From NCBI GenBank assembly GCA_963782845.1, contig CAWALM010000011.1, positions 255 to 64,254 on the forward strand: DNA of 64,000 nucleotides, given 5' to 3'. Source of the stretch: an uncultured Gammaproteobacteria bacterium. Lineage in GTDB: Bacteria; Pseudomonadota; Gammaproteobacteria; Steroidobacterales; Steroidobacteraceae. A program made the translations under genes and the position numbers. The notes beneath the pieces are model-generated. The model saw only the letters and a program-made list of their open reading frames with translations. It was not told the origin of the DNA and made no database searches. The stretch's first letter is position 1. Every line of letters starts with the position of its first letter. This document shows, piece after piece, positions 43,615 through 54,324 of this stretch.

Positions 43615-44324
43615 GTGACCGATTCCGCCCCTGCCCTCCCGGAGGTGCTGCGCCTCGAGGGCTTGAGCAAGCGCTATCGGTCCGATCGGCCGCCGATCCT
43701 CGAGGGGATCGATCTCACGCTGCGTGCCGGCGAGTACCTTGCGATCATGGGCGAGTCGGGCGTCGGCAAGTCGACGCTGCTCAATTTGCTCGCCGGGCTC
43801 GATCGGCCCGATGCGGGACGCGTGATTCTCGAGGGCGAGGACCTCACGCAACTCGACGATGATGCGACCACGCTGCTGCGCCGGCGCGCCGTCGGTTTCG
43901 TGTTCCAGGCATTCCACGTGCTGCCTTACTTGAGCGTCGAACGCAATGTCGCCCTGCCGCTCGAGCTGCTCGCGGTCGCGCCCGATCGAGCGCCGCCGGC
44001 GCACCGCCGCGATGCTCGATGCGGTCGGCATCGGCGCCGCTGGCGCAGCGCCTCGCGCGCGAGCTGTCGGGCGGCGAGGTACAGCGCGTCGCGATCGCCC
44101 GCGCGCTCGTGCACCGGCCGCGCTTGGTGCTCGCCGACGAGCCGACCGGAAACCTCGATCCGCGCAGCGCCGCGCAGACGCTCGCGCTGCTGCGCGAGCA
44201 GATCAAGGCCAACGCGGGCGCCGGCATCCTGATCACGCATTCGCGCGCGGCCGCCGATACCGCCGATCGGATCCTCGTGCTCGACGCGCGCGGCCTGCGC
44301 GCTCAGGCCGCGGTCGATGGCTAG
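43615..44324 (+). pseudogene. ABC transporter ATP-binding protein (LolD/MacB/AttE-like) with two apparent frameshifts (about 43984 and 44033)
   Basis: Walker A GESGVGKST lies in frame 1. [15 protein letters not shown] lies in frame 2. [15 protein letters not shown] and [12 protein letters not shown] lie in frame 0 (ORF 44019..44324). Both shifts go in the same (+1) direction. Confidence 0.8.
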
Positions 44325-46885
44325 GGCGCGCGCAGCGCGCGGCACGGCGCGGATCTGGCGCATTCTGCTGCTCTCGCAACTGCGCGAACAGCCGGGGCGG
44401 TTGCTCGTGACGCTGCTCGCGATCGCGCTCGGCGTGGCGCTCGCCTCCTCGGTGTTCTTGGTCAACAGCGCGGCGCTCACCGAGTTCTCGCAAGCCGCCA
44501 AGCGCCTGGTCGGCGAAGCTGACGTGATCGTGCGCGGTCCGCGCGACGGTTTTCCCGAAGCGCTGTTCGCGCGGCTCGCGAGCGATCCGCGCGTTGCCGT
44601 CGCAAGTCCCGTATTGGAACTCGAGGCTGCGCTGCCGGGCCGCCGCGAGACGCTCAAGATCCTCGGCATCGATCCGCTGCGCGCCGCGGCGCTGCAGCCC
44701 GCGACTGATCGGCGAATCGGAGCAGACCTGCAGCGCTTCATCGCGGGCGACGGCATCTACTTGAGCGCCGCGGCCGCCGACGAGCTGCAGCTGCGGCGCG
44801 GCGATCGGCTGCAGGTCACGGTCGGCAACGACACCAAGCGCGCTCGAGGTGCTCGGGTTCGTCTCGCAGCAGAGCTATTCGCAGCCGCTCGGCTTGATCG
44901 ATATCGCGGCCGCCCAATGGACGTTCGAACGGCTGGGGCTGCTCAACCGCATCGACCTGCGCCTGCCGCCGGGCGCCGACGTCGAAGCCCTGCGCCGCGA
45001 GCTTGGCAGGCAATTGCCGGCCGGCGTGCTCGCCGTGACGCCCGAAGTCGAGCGCGACCGCGCGGTCACGGTGACGCGCGCCTACCGCGTGAACCTCAAT
45101 ATGCTCGCGCTAGTGGCGCTCTGGACCGGCGCCTTTCTGGTGTTCTCGACCCAATCACTGTCGGTGCTTGCGCCGCCTCCAATCGCTCGCCCTGCTGCGG
45201 GCGCTCGGCGTGACGCGCGGTCAGCTGCAGCGCGCGCTGATCGGCGAAGGAGCGGCTGCTCGGCGCGCTCGGTGCGCTGCTCGGCATCGCGCTCGGACTG
45301 CTGATCGCGGCGGCGCTGCTGCGGCTTCTGACGGGGGACCTCGGCAACGGCCAGCTGCGCGTGCTCGGCGCTTCCTTGCGCGCAGCTCCCTGGCCGCTGT
45401 TCGCGTTCTTCTCGATCGGCACGATCGTCGCCGCTGCGGGCGCCTGGATGCCCGCGCGCGATGCGGCCCGACAGGCTCCCGCTCGCGCACTCAAGGGCGG
45501 CAGACGCCGATTACGCGGGGCTCGCGCATTCGGCATCGCTCGCCGGCGTGGCGCTGCTCACGGCCGGCGCGGCGCTCGCCTGGCTGCCGCCGGTCCGGGG
45601 TCTGCCGATTTTCGGCTATGCGGCGATTGCCGCGCTGCTGCTCGGCGCAATCTTGCTGGTCCCGGCGCTCACGGTGCGGCTGCTGCGCGCCGTGCCGCGC
45701 AGCGGGCGCGTGACGCTCGATACGGCGGTCGCGCAGCTGCGCGAAAACGTCGGCCTCTCGACCTTGAGCCTCGCCTCGATCATCGTGAGCTTCAGCCTCA
45801 TGGTCGCGATGGCGATCATGGTCTATTCGTTTCGCATCTCGTTCGATCATTGGCTCGATAAAGTGTTGCCTGCCGACCTCGCGTTGCGCGCCCCGTTCGG
45901 CGCGGACACCGCGTACCTGGGTCCGGCCGAGCAAACGCGGCTCGCCGCGCTGCCCGGCATCGAGCGCATCGAGTTCCGCCGCACGCGGCAGCTGCTGCTC
46001 GACGCGTCGCGCGCGCCCGTGGCTCTGATCGCGCGCGACCTGGATACGGCAAGGATCGCCGATCAGCTGCCGCTGCTGCGCCGGTGGCGCGGGCCGCTCG
46101 AGGCTGGCGCCTCCCCGGCCTGGATTTCCGAGGCCGTCGAGGATCTCTACGGCTACCATCCCGGCGATGCGCTGGCGCTGCCCCTCGGCGGTCGGTTGCA
46201 ACACTTCGTCGTCGCCGGCGTCTGGCGCGACTACGTGCGCAGCAGCGGCGCGATCGTGATCGAACGCCGTGTTTACAGTGCGGCGACCCACGATTTCAAC
46301 GCCAACGAGGCTGCGCTGTGGCTCGCGACGAACGCCGGCACCCAAACCCCGGCGGCACGCGAAGCGGCTGCGCGCGCCGCACAGGCCGCCGTGCGAGCCG
46401 CGCTCGCGCGCCCGGATGCTTTCGAAATCACGACGAGCACGGTCGTGCACGCACGCTCATTGCAGATCTTCGACCGCGCGTTTGCGATCACCTACGCGCT
46501 CGAGGCGATTGCGGTGCTCATCGGCCTCGCCGGCGTGAGCTTCGCGGCGAGTTCCACGGCGCTCGCGCGCCGCGCCGAGTTCGGAATGCTGCGCCATATC
46601 GGCATGCGGCGCGGGCAGGTCGTCGCGCTGCTCGCCGGCGAAGGGGTGCTGCTGAGCCTGTTCGGGGTCATCTACGGTGTGGTGCTCGGCGGCGCGCTCA
46701 GCCTCGTGCTGGTCTTCGTGATCGATCGGCAATCGTTCAATTGGAGCATCGATCTCGCGGTACCCGTTTGGCAGCTCGCGCTCGTGAGCCTCGTGATGAT
46801 CGCCGCCGCGGCGCTGACTGCAATCTGGAGCGGCCGCGCCGCGATGAGCCAAGACGCGGTACGCGCCGTTCGGGAGGATTGGTGA
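44317..46885 (+). pseudogene. FtsX-family ABC permease (two FtsX domains, YbbP/AttFG-like) with four apparent frameshifts (about 44838, 45170, 45255, 45500)
   Basis: The coherent protein is split over ORFs 44317.., 44849.., 45168.., 45361.. and 45461..46885. Example joins are SVL-RRLQSLALLRALGVTRGQL and [19 protein letters not shown]. Every join needs removal of one base. Confidence 0.75.
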
Positions 46886-48006
46886 AGCGCTCGTGCCTGC
46901 AACGACGCGCCGCGCTCGGACGGCGCGCCGCGGCCCTGCTTGCGATCGCCGTGCGCTCGGTCGCCGCCGTCGTGGTCTGCGCCGCCGCGGTGGCGGCGAC
47001 CAGCTACAGCGAGGTCGACCGCGTGCGGCCGCTGCGCTTCCCCGAGGATTACGGCAGCCATCCGCTGTTTCGAACCGAATGGTGGTATGTCACCGGATGG
47101 CTCACAACCGCCGCGGGAGCTCCGCTCGGCTTTCAAATCACGTTTTTCCGCACGCGGCCGGCGGTACACGACGACAATCCCAGCGCATTCACGCCGCACC
47201 AGCTCATCATCGCGCACGCCGCGCTCAGCGATCCGGCGCGCGGACGGCTCTGGCAGGACCAGCGCATCGAGCGCGCCGGATTCGGCTTGGCCGAGGCGCA
47301 TTCAGGCAACACCGATGTCTGGGTCGATCGCTGGAGGCTCGCGCGCGCCGCGCCCGCCTACGCTGCCACCATCGCGGCCGAGGATTTTGCGCTCGACCTG
47401 CAGCTGACCGAGAGTCAGGCGCCGATGCTGAACGGCGACTCCGGCCTGAGCCGCAAGGGCCCGGAGGCACTCGCGGCGAGCTACTACTACAGCATCCCGC
47501 ACTTGCAGGTCGCCGGAACAGTTACGCGCGCGGGATCGCGCGATGCGGTCACCGGGGAAGCATGGCTCGACCACGAATGGTCGAGCGAGTACCTCGACGG
47601 CGGCGCCGTCGGCTGGGATTGGGTCGGCATCAACCTCGATGACGGCGGTGCGCTCATGGCGTTTCGCATCCGCGGCGCGCACGGCGAAACCCGCTGGAGC
47701 GGCGGCAGCCTGCGCTCGGCGGATGGCCGCCTGCAAATACTCGATGCGGGAACGCTCGACTTCGCGCCCGGGCGCGCCTGGGTCTCGCCGCGCACCGGCA
47801 TTCGTTACCCCGTCGCATGGCGCATCGGCGCCGGATCGCGGCAGTTCGAGCTCGAACCCTTGATCGACGACCAGGAAAATGATACCCGGCTCTCGACGGG
47901 CGCCATTTATTGGGAAGGCGCGGTGCGCGCCCGCGAGTCCGGCAGGACCGTCGGGCGCGGCTACCTGGAGCTCACCGGCTACGGCGAGCCGCTGCGGCTG
48001 CGCTAG
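46882..48006 (+). CDS. AttH-like / CrtC-type lipocalin-like domain protein
   Basis: 374 aa from GTG 46882, which forms a GTGA overlap with the permease stop. Signal/TM segment, then HPLFRTEWWYVTGWL, ITFFR, YYYSIP and LDHEWSS blocks. Confidence 0.7.
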   Translation: MKRSCLQRRAALGRRAAALLAIAVRSVAAVVVCAAAVAATSYSEVDRVRPLRFPEDYGSHPLFRTEWWYVTGWLTTAAGAPLGFQITFFRTRPAVHDDNPSAFTPHQLIIAHAALSDPARGRLWQDQRIERAGFGLAEAHSGNTDVWVDRWRLARAAPAYAATIAAEDFALDLQLTESQAPMLNGDSGLSRKGPEALAASYYYSIPHLQVAGTVTRAGSRDAVTGEAWLDHEWSSEYLDGGAVGWDWVGINLDDGGALMAFRIRGAHGETRWSGGSLRSADGRLQILDAGTLDFAPGRAWVSPRTGIRYPVAWRIGAGSRQFELEPLIDDQENDTRLSTGAIYWEGAVRARESGRTVGRGYLELTGYGEPLRLR

Positions 48007-48030
48007 GGGTGCGCGGCGACCGGCCGCAGG

Positions 48031-49215
48031 CTAGCGGATATTTTCGATGATCGCCGCGATGCCTTGGCCGCCGCCGATGCACATCGTGACGAGTCCGTAG
48101 CGTCCGCCGACGCGGCGCAGTTCGTAGATCAATTTCGTCAGGATGATCGCGCCGGTCGCGCCGATCGGGTGGCCGAGTGCGATGCCGCTGCCGTTCGGAT
48201 TGACCTTGGCCGGATCGAACCCCAATTCGCGCGCGACTGCACAGGCCTGCGCCGCAAACGCCTCGTTCGATTCAACGACGTCGATGTCCTTGATGTCGAG
48301 TCCGGCCCGCTCGAGCGCGATGCGGGTCGCGGGCACAGGACCGATCCCCATGAGCGCAGGATCGACGCCCGCATGTCCGTAGGCAACGAGGCGCGCAAGC
48401 GGCTTTTGCCGCAGGCCGGCAAGCGTCTTGGCGCCGGCGAGCACCAGGGCCGCGGCGCCGTCGTTGATCCCGGAGGCATTGCCCGCGGTCACCGTACCCT
48501 GTTCCTTCTTGAAAATCGTCGGCAATTTCGCGAGATCCTCGAGCGTGGTTTCCGCGCGCACGTGCTCATCGGTCGCAAAGCGGACCGGCTTGCCGCGAAC
48601 CTTGCTGTCGACGGGCAGAATCTGCTCGACGAATCGACCTGCGGCGATCGCGGCCGCTGCGCGCCGCTGGCTCTCGAGGGCGAGTGCATCCTGCGCCGCG
48701 CGGTCGATGCCATAGCGCGCAGCGACGTTCTCGGCCGTCACGCCCATGATGCCGTTCCCGAACGGATCGGTGAGCGCGCCGTTGAGCGCATCGATGAGCG
48801 CGCCGTCGCCGAGCTTCTTGCCCCAGCGCATGGTGGTCAGCAGGAACGGCGCGCGGCTCATGACTTCAACGCCGCCGCCCACTGCAAAATCCGTCTCTCC
48901 GAGCATGATTGCCTGCGCACCCGTGAGCACCGCCTGCAGCCCCGAGCCGCAGAGCCGGTTGACCGTCAACGCGGGGGTCTGGTGCGGTATTCCGGCATTG
49001 ACCGCTGCGACGCGCGCGACATAGGCATCGCGCGGCTCGGTGCCGATCACCTGGCCGAACACCACGTGGCCGATCGCATCCGCTCCGACCTGCGCGCGCG
49101 CGAGTGCCTCGCGCGTCACGAGCGCCGCGAGCTCGGTCGGCGCGAAATCCTTGAGCGAGCCGCCAAAGGTGCCGATCGCAGTACGCACCGCCGAGAGAAT
49201 GAACACGTCCGCCAT
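48031..49215 (-). CDS. acetyl-CoA C-acetyltransferase (thiolase II)
   Basis: 394 aa. Active-site blocks NRLCGSGLQAV, NEAFAAQ, GHPIGATG and CIGGGQGIA. Confidence 0.92.
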   Translation of the reverse strand: MADVFILSAVRTAIGTFGGSLKDFAPTELAALVTREALARAQVGADAIGHVVFGQVIGTEPRDAYVARVAAVNAGIPHQTPALTVNRLCGSGLQAVLTGAQAIMLGETDFAVGGGVEVMSRAPFLLTTMRWGKKLGDGALIDALNGALTDPFGNGIMGVTAENVAARYGIDRAAQDALALESQRRAAAAIAAGRFVEQILPVDSKVRGKPVRFATDEHVRAETTLEDLAKLPTIFKKEQGTVTAGNASGINDGAAALVLAGAKTLAGLRQKPLARLVAYGHAGVDPALMGIGPVPATRIALERAGLDIKDIDVVESNEAFAAQACAVARELGFDPAKVNPNGSGIALGHPIGATGAIILTKLIYELRRVGGRYGLVTMCIGGGQGIAAIIENIR

Positions 49216-49330
49216 GATGATTACCCCTTACCTGCACCGTGCCGGTGCGACCGTCGCAATTATCGCACGCCGAGGGTTGCCCGCCGCCGGCGGAATCTCG
49301 GTTATAGTGCGCCGATTCTAGGAGCACTGA

Positions 49331-49786
49331 ATGCGCATTTTCCCGAATTTGAGCGACTTGGCGCCGCTGGTCGGCCAGGAGGTCGCCGTCGGCGATTGGT
49401 TCCAGATCGAGCAGTCTCGGATCGACGGATTCGCCGAGGCGACCAATGACCGGCAATGGATCCACGTCGATGTGGAGCGCGCGCAGCGCGAGTCGCCGTT
49501 CAAGGCGACGATCGCGCACGGATTCCTCACGCTCTCGCTGTTGCCGCACCTGCTCGACCGCGAGCTGAGCTTCGAGGGCATACGCCTGATCGTCAATCAC
49601 GGCATCAGCCGCGTGCGCTTTCCCGGCGCGGTCAAGGCCGGCTCGCGCGTGCGCGCGCGCATCGGTCTCGCCGAGTACAAGGCGACCGCGGCCGGCGCGC
49701 ACGTCGAATGGCTCGTGACCGTCGAGCGCGAAGGCGAGATCAAGCCCGCTTGCATTGCCGGACTGCTGATCTGGTTCTATACCTGA
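49331..49786 (+). CDS. MaoC-like (hot-dog) dehydratase
   Basis: 151 aa. The WIHVD ... TIAHGF pattern is typical of MaoC/NodN dehydratases. Confidence 0.8.
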   Translation: MRIFPNLSDLAPLVGQEVAVGDWFQIEQSRIDGFAEATNDRQWIHVDVERAQRESPFKATIAHGFLTLSLLPHLLDRELSFEGIRLIVNHGISRVRFPGAVKAGSRVRARIGLAEYKATAAGAHVEWLVTVEREGEIKPACIAGLLIWFYT

Positions 49787-49788
49787 CG

Positions 49789-51855
49789 ATGCCGCGCAAC
49801 CCGCGCCACGATATCCTCTTCGAGCCCATCAAGATTGGGCCGGTCGTCGCCAAGAATCGATTCTTTCAAGTCCCTCATTGCAACGGCATGGGACATCTCA
49901 AACCGCTCGGCCACGCGGCAATGCGCGGCGTCAAGGCCGAAGGCGGCTGGGCGGTCGTCAGCACCGAAGAGGTCGAGATCCACGCCTCGAGCGACATCGC
50001 CCCGTACGTCGAGGGGCGTTTATGGGACGACCGCGACATTCCGGCGCTGCGCCTCGTCAGCGACGCGGTACACGAGCACGGCGCGCTCGCCGCGATCGAG
50101 CTTGCGCACAACGGCCTGCACGCAGCGAACCTGTACTCGCGCGAACCGTCGATTGCCCCGAGCCCGATTTGCATTTTGGGCTCCTACACGCCGGCGCAGG
50201 CGCGCGGCATGACCAAGGCCGACATCCGCGCCTACCGGCGCTGGCACCGCGACGCCGCTCTGCGCTCGCGGCGCGCGGGATTCGACATCGTCTACGTATA
50301 TGCCGGCCACGAATTGTCGCTCGCGATGCAGTTCCTGCAGCCGCGCCACAACCAGCGAACCGACGAATATGGCGGCAGCCTCACCAATCGCGTACGGCTG
50401 CTGCGGGAACTCATCGAAGAGACCAAGGACGCGATCGGCGGCGACTGCGCGGTCGCGGTTCGCATCGCGGTCGACGAGCTGCGCGGTGCGCACGGCATCG
50501 AGTGCGGCGCCGAGGGTCGCGATATCGTCGCGATGCTCGCCGAACTGCCGGATCTGTGGGACGTCAATCTCAGCGACTGGAGCAACGACTCGGTGACCTC
50601 GCGGTTCGCGCCCGAGGGCTATCAAGAGGAGTTCGTGCGCTTCGTCAAGGAGGTCACGCGCAAGCCCGTCGTGGGCGTCGGCCGCTTCACCTCGCCCGAT
50701 GCCATGGTCGCGCAAATCCGCCGCGGTGTGCTCGATTTGATCGGCGCGGCGCGCCCCTCGATCGCGGATCCGTTCCTTCCGAACAAGGTCGACAGCGGCG
50801 AGATCGACGATATTCGCGAGTGCATCGGCTGCAACCTATGCGTCAGCGGCGACTTGACCTCAACCCCGATCCGCTGCACCCAGAATCCCACGATGGGCGA
50901 GGAATGGCGCAAGGCCTGGCATCCGGAGAACATTCCGCCGCGCAACGGCACCGACAGCTTTCTGGTCGTCGGCGCGGGTCCCACGGGTCTCGAGTGCGCG
51001 CGCCTGCTGGGGCGTCGCGGCTATCCCGTGACGCTCGCCGAAGCCGACGCGCAGCTCGGCGGCCGCGTGACGCGCGAATCGAGCCTGCCGGGATTGTCGG
51101 CCTGGGCGCGCGTGCGCGACTACCGGCTGCAGCAGCTCAACAAAATGCCGAACGTCGAAATCCTGCGCACGAGCCGGGTGGCGGCCGCCGATATCCTCGA
51201 ATTCGGCGCCACGCGCGTGGTGCTCGCGACCGGCGCCCATTGGCGCCGCGACGGCGTTGCGCGCGCCAATCTGCGGCCGATCGCCGGATTCGATCGATCC
51301 GAGGTCTACTCCCCCGACGATCTGATGGCGGGATCCCGGCCGGCCTCGCCGGTCGTGGTGTTCGACGATGACCATTTCTACTTGGGCGCCGTGCTCGCGG
51401 AACAGCTGCGGCGCGACGGCCTCGATGTGACGCTCGTGACGCCTGCCGAGCGGGTCTCCGCTTGGACCGTCCACACGCTCGAACAACACCGCATCCAGAA
51501 GCAGCTGCTCGAACTCGGGGTTCGAGTCGAGGCGAACCGCAACGTGCTCGAATTCGACGGCAGTCGCGTGCGCCTCGCGTGCACCTATACCGCACGCGAG
51601 TCGGCCTTGGCGGCCGCCGCGGTCGTCACGGTCACCTCGCGCCGGCCCGACGATGCGCTCGGACTCGATCTGGCCTCCCGGCCAGAGGCGCTCAGTTCAG
51701 CCGGCATCGCGTCGGTCACCTGCATCGGCGACTGCCTGGCACCGAGCACCATTGCGGCCGCGGTCTATGCCGGCCACCGCTACGCGCGCGAATTCGATTG
51801 GCCGCAGACCGACGCGGTGCCGTTCCGGCGCGAGCTGCCGAGTCTCGCCGATTGA
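49789..51855 (+). CDS. FMN/Fe-S flavoprotein oxidoreductase of the 2,4-dienoyl-CoA reductase / trimethylamine dehydrogenase family
   Basis: 688 aa from ATG 49789. OYE-like N-terminus (ILFEPIKIGPVVAKNRFFQVPHC), 4Fe-4S block CIGCNLCVSG and a dinucleotide fold (VVGAGPTGLECA). Confidence 0.8.
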   Translation: MPRNPRHDILFEPIKIGPVVAKNRFFQVPHCNGMGHLKPLGHAAMRGVKAEGGWAVVSTEEVEIHASSDIAPYVEGRLWDDRDIPALRLVSDAVHEHGALAAIELAHNGLHAANLYSREPSIAPSPICILGSYTPAQARGMTKADIRAYRRWHRDAALRSRRAGFDIVYVYAGHELSLAMQFLQPRHNQRTDEYGGSLTNRVRLLRELIEETKDAIGGDCAVAVRIAVDELRGAHGIECGAEGRDIVAMLAELPDLWDVNLSDWSNDSVTSRFAPEGYQEEFVRFVKEVTRKPVVGVGRFTSPDAMVAQIRRGVLDLIGAARPSIADPFLPNKVDSGEIDDIRECIGCNLCVSGDLTSTPIRCTQNPTMGEEWRKAWHPENIPPRNGTDSFLVVGAGPTGLECARLLGRRGYPVTLAEADAQLGGRVTRESSLPGLSAWARVRDYRLQQLNKMPNVEILRTSRVAAADILEFGATRVVLATGAHWRRDGVARANLRPIAGFDRSEVYSPDDLMAGSRPASPVVVFDDDHFYLGAVLAEQLRRDGLDVTLVTPAERVSAWTVHTLEQHRIQKQLLELGVRVEANRNVLEFDGSRVRLACTYTARESALAAAAVVTVTSRRPDDALGLDLASRPEALSSAGIASVTCIGDCLAPSTIAAAVYAGHRYAREFDWPQTDAVPFRRELPSLAD

Positions 51856-51901
51856 GCCTTGGGCGCTGCCCCCGGCGCGAGCCCATGGTAGATTTGCGCC
51901 C

Positions 51902-52780
51902 ATGAAGCTCGGATTCGTCGGTCTCGGATCGATGGGCGCGGCGATCGCCGCCAATCTCGCGCGCGCACCCTACGAGCTCACGGTCTGGAACCGCTCCCAA
52001 GATAAGATCCGTCCCCTCGCTGCGCTCGGCGCCCGCGCGGCCGCGAGTCCCCGCGAGGCGGCCGCCGGCCAGGAAATCGTGTTCACGATGCTGAGCAACG
52101 ACGCTGCGCTGCAAGCGGTGCTCGCCGGGGAGCAAGGCTTGCTCGCGGGGCTCGAAGCGGGTGCGATTCACGTGTCGATGAGCACGATCGGCGTTGCAAC
52201 CGCCGACGATGTCGCGGCCCAGCACGCACGGTGCGGCCAGGGATTCGTCAGCGCACCGGTGTTCGGCCGTCCGGACGCGGCCGCCGCCGCAAAGCTATTC
52301 GTCGCCGCCGCCGGAAATGCGGCCGAGCTGCAGCGTGTGCGCGCGCCGCTCGAGCGCGTGAGTCAGCGCATTTTCGAGGTCGGCGCGAAGCCCTCGAGCG
52401 CCAATCTGCTGAAGCTCTGCGGCAACTTCATGATCCTCGCCGCGATCGAGTCGCTCGCCGAGTCGATGGCGCTCGCGGCCAGGGGCGGCATCGCGAAGCG
52501 CCAACTGCTCGAGGTGTTGACCGCGACGCTGTTCGACGCGCCGGTCTACCGCAATTACGGCGCGATCCTCGTCGAGGAGCGGTTCCGGCCCGCCGGATTC
52601 GCAGCGTCGCTCGGGCTCAAGGACATGGGATTGGTCGCCGCGGCGGCCGACAGCGCGGGGGTGGCGATGCCGGTTTTGGGCGTCCTGCAGCAACACCTGC
52701 GCCGCACGATCGAGCAGGAGGGCGCCGACATCGACTGGTCCGGCATCGCGAGAACGATCGAGAAGGATTGCGGCGCCTGA
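51902..52780 (+). CDS. NAD(P)-dependent beta-hydroxyacid dehydrogenase (3-hydroxyisobutyrate dehydrogenase family)
   Basis: 292 aa from ATG 51902. Rossmann block KLGFVGLGSMGAAIAANL and the family-typical KLCGNF block. Confidence 0.85.
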   Translation: MKLGFVGLGSMGAAIAANLARAPYELTVWNRSQDKIRPLAALGARAAASPREAAAGQEIVFTMLSNDAALQAVLAGEQGLLAGLEAGAIHVSMSTIGVATADDVAAQHARCGQGFVSAPVFGRPDAAAAAKLFVAAAGNAAELQRVRAPLERVSQRIFEVGAKPSSANLLKLCGNFMILAAIESLAESMALAARGGIAKRQLLEVLTATLFDAPVYRNYGAILVEERFRPAGFAASLGLKDMGLVAAAADSAGVAMPVLGVLQQHLRRTIEQEGADIDWSGIARTIEKDCGA

Positions 52781-52902
52781 GCCGCGCCGGGTGTCCGGGA
52801 GAGCCTGGCGCGCGCAAGCGGCGAGGTGGGCGCGCACGGCGTAAAGTTTCATCCGCGAGTGTTATGTCGTAAATTGGGATTCCGACGCAAAGGGAGTTCA
52901 GC

Positions 52903-53475
52903 ATGTTCAAATCAGCCGCAATTTTCTTGATCGCGCTCGCGACGCTCGCAGCGCTCACCGCCTACGCCACCGGAATGGGCATCACGCCCGGCCTTTGGGA
53001 GGTCAAGATCGTCAAACAAATTGTCGACGGCCGCGACCAGACCGCGCAGATGGCGGGCGCCGGCGACCGCATGCAGCAAATGATGGCGAACATGCCTGCC
53101 GCGCAGCGCGCGCAGATGGAAGCGACTCTCAAGCAGCACGGCGTGAGCCAAGGCAGCGACGGGGGATTTCGCATCTGCATCACGCCCGAAATGGCGAAAC
53201 GCGACAAGCCGATCATGGACAAGGACGGCCGCTGCGAGCCGGCGACCGTCACCCACACCGGCAATCAAATGACGTATGAGTTCAGCTGTACGACAAACGG
53301 GGCAAAAACCGTCGGCAAGGGCGTTTCAACGATCGCGCCGGACTTGGTCAGCACCCACGCCGAGATCTCGCGCACCGATGCCAACGGGGCGTCGCACCTG
53401 ATTCAGAATGACTCGCAGATGACTTTTATCAGTGCCGACTGCGGCGACGTGCAGCCCCCGCCGGCCGCCAAGTAG
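52903..53475 (+). CDS. secreted DUF3617-like protein
   Basis: 190 aa. AAAGGGAG RBS and a signal peptide. GLWEV near the N-terminus and four Cys, as in DUF3617 proteins (recognition from memory). Confidence 0.6.
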   Translation: MFKSAAIFLIALATLAALTAYATGMGITPGLWEVKIVKQIVDGRDQTAQMAGAGDRMQQMMANMPAAQRAQMEATLKQHGVSQGSDGGFRICITPEMAKRDKPIMDKDGRCEPATVTHTGNQMTYEFSCTTNGAKTVGKGVSTIAPDLVSTHAEISRTDANGASHLIQNDSQMTFISADCGDVQPPPAAK

Positions 53476-53529
53476 GCCCAGGGTCCCGCTCCGCACGCAG
53501 CGGAGCCCCGCGCGAGCGCCGATCCAATC

Positions 53530-53563
53530 GGCGCAGAGCGGCCGCGAGCCGCCGCTCTGCGCC
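53530..53563. terminator. 13-bp perfect inverted repeat (GGCGCAGAGCGGC-N8-GCCGCTCTGCGCC) between convergent genes
   Basis: Read directly. A T-run (CATTTTCT) follows 9 nt downstream on the plus strand. It could serve as a terminator for both flanking genes. Confidence 0.4.
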
Positions 53564-53584
53564 CTCACCGCATTTTCTCGAGGC

Positions 53585-53839
53585 TTAGGGGGCGGCCCGC
53601 GACGCTTCGACCGCCAAATGGACCTCGCGCTCGGCGTCGTGCAAGAGAGCTTCGGCCTTGGCGCCGTGTCCCGCCATGTCGTAATGGTTGGCAGCGCGCG
53701 CGCGCTCCATCTCGTGGATCGCTTCGACGATATGGTCGTGGACCTTATCGAGATCGTGCCAATCGTGGACCCGGTCGGCGACCGCAACGCCGGCACCGAA
53801 CATCGCGATCGACAGCACCAGCAGTGATAGTTTCTTCAT
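53585..53839 (-). CDS. small secreted His-rich helical protein (84 aa)
   Basis: ATG 53839 preceded by AAGGGGG. Signal peptide MKKLSLLVLSIAMFGAGVAVA. The mature 63 residues contain 9 His (HDWHDLDKVHDHIVEAIHEM...HYDMAGHG...LLHDAEREVHL). Confidence 0.55.
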   Translation of the reverse strand: MKKLSLLVLSIAMFGAGVAVADRVHDWHDLDKVHDHIVEAIHEMERARAANHYDMAGHGAKAEALLHDAEREVHLAVEASRAAP

Positions 53840-54324
53840 GATACCCCCTTGAGAGTGAGTGATTTCCCTGGCGTTTTGATGAAGCAAAAACCGCCTCATC
53901 GAGCCGACCGCGATTCTAGCGCCCCGCACTCCGACACGTCAGCCGGCTGTGCATGATTTGAGGGCGAGCGGCAACCGCTCGGGCCATCGTTCGATATGAC
54001 CAATAGATTGCACGGAAATCGCCACCGCGCCTCCCTAGCCCGGCGATCGATTGTCGGTGTCGATCGGGCTACTCGCACTACAATCATCGCTTGACAATTT
54101 CGACCGATGCGTCTTTGTTCTGGCGAAAGCACTTCCAATCCCCGTCCAGCCAGTTCAAGCCCACGTCACCGAAGGACGTGAGCCTGAGTTGCGCGCAACA
54201 CCAGTAAGCAACGGGAATTTGAAGTGCTCAAGTCTTGCCGACTGTCGGCCTGCTCGCGGTTTGTTGCTTGCATACGATTCCCTTGAACGAGCCAATCCCG
54301 TTCGTCCCCGTTTATACGAACGCC

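Noticed and set aside
46084-46881. N-terminal 266 aa of the 640-aa ORF 46084..48006
   Set aside because: This part is out-of-frame overlap with the well-supported C-terminal half of the FtsX permease and is Arg-rich. The AttH-like protein starts at GTG 46882, which gives a signal/TM segment.
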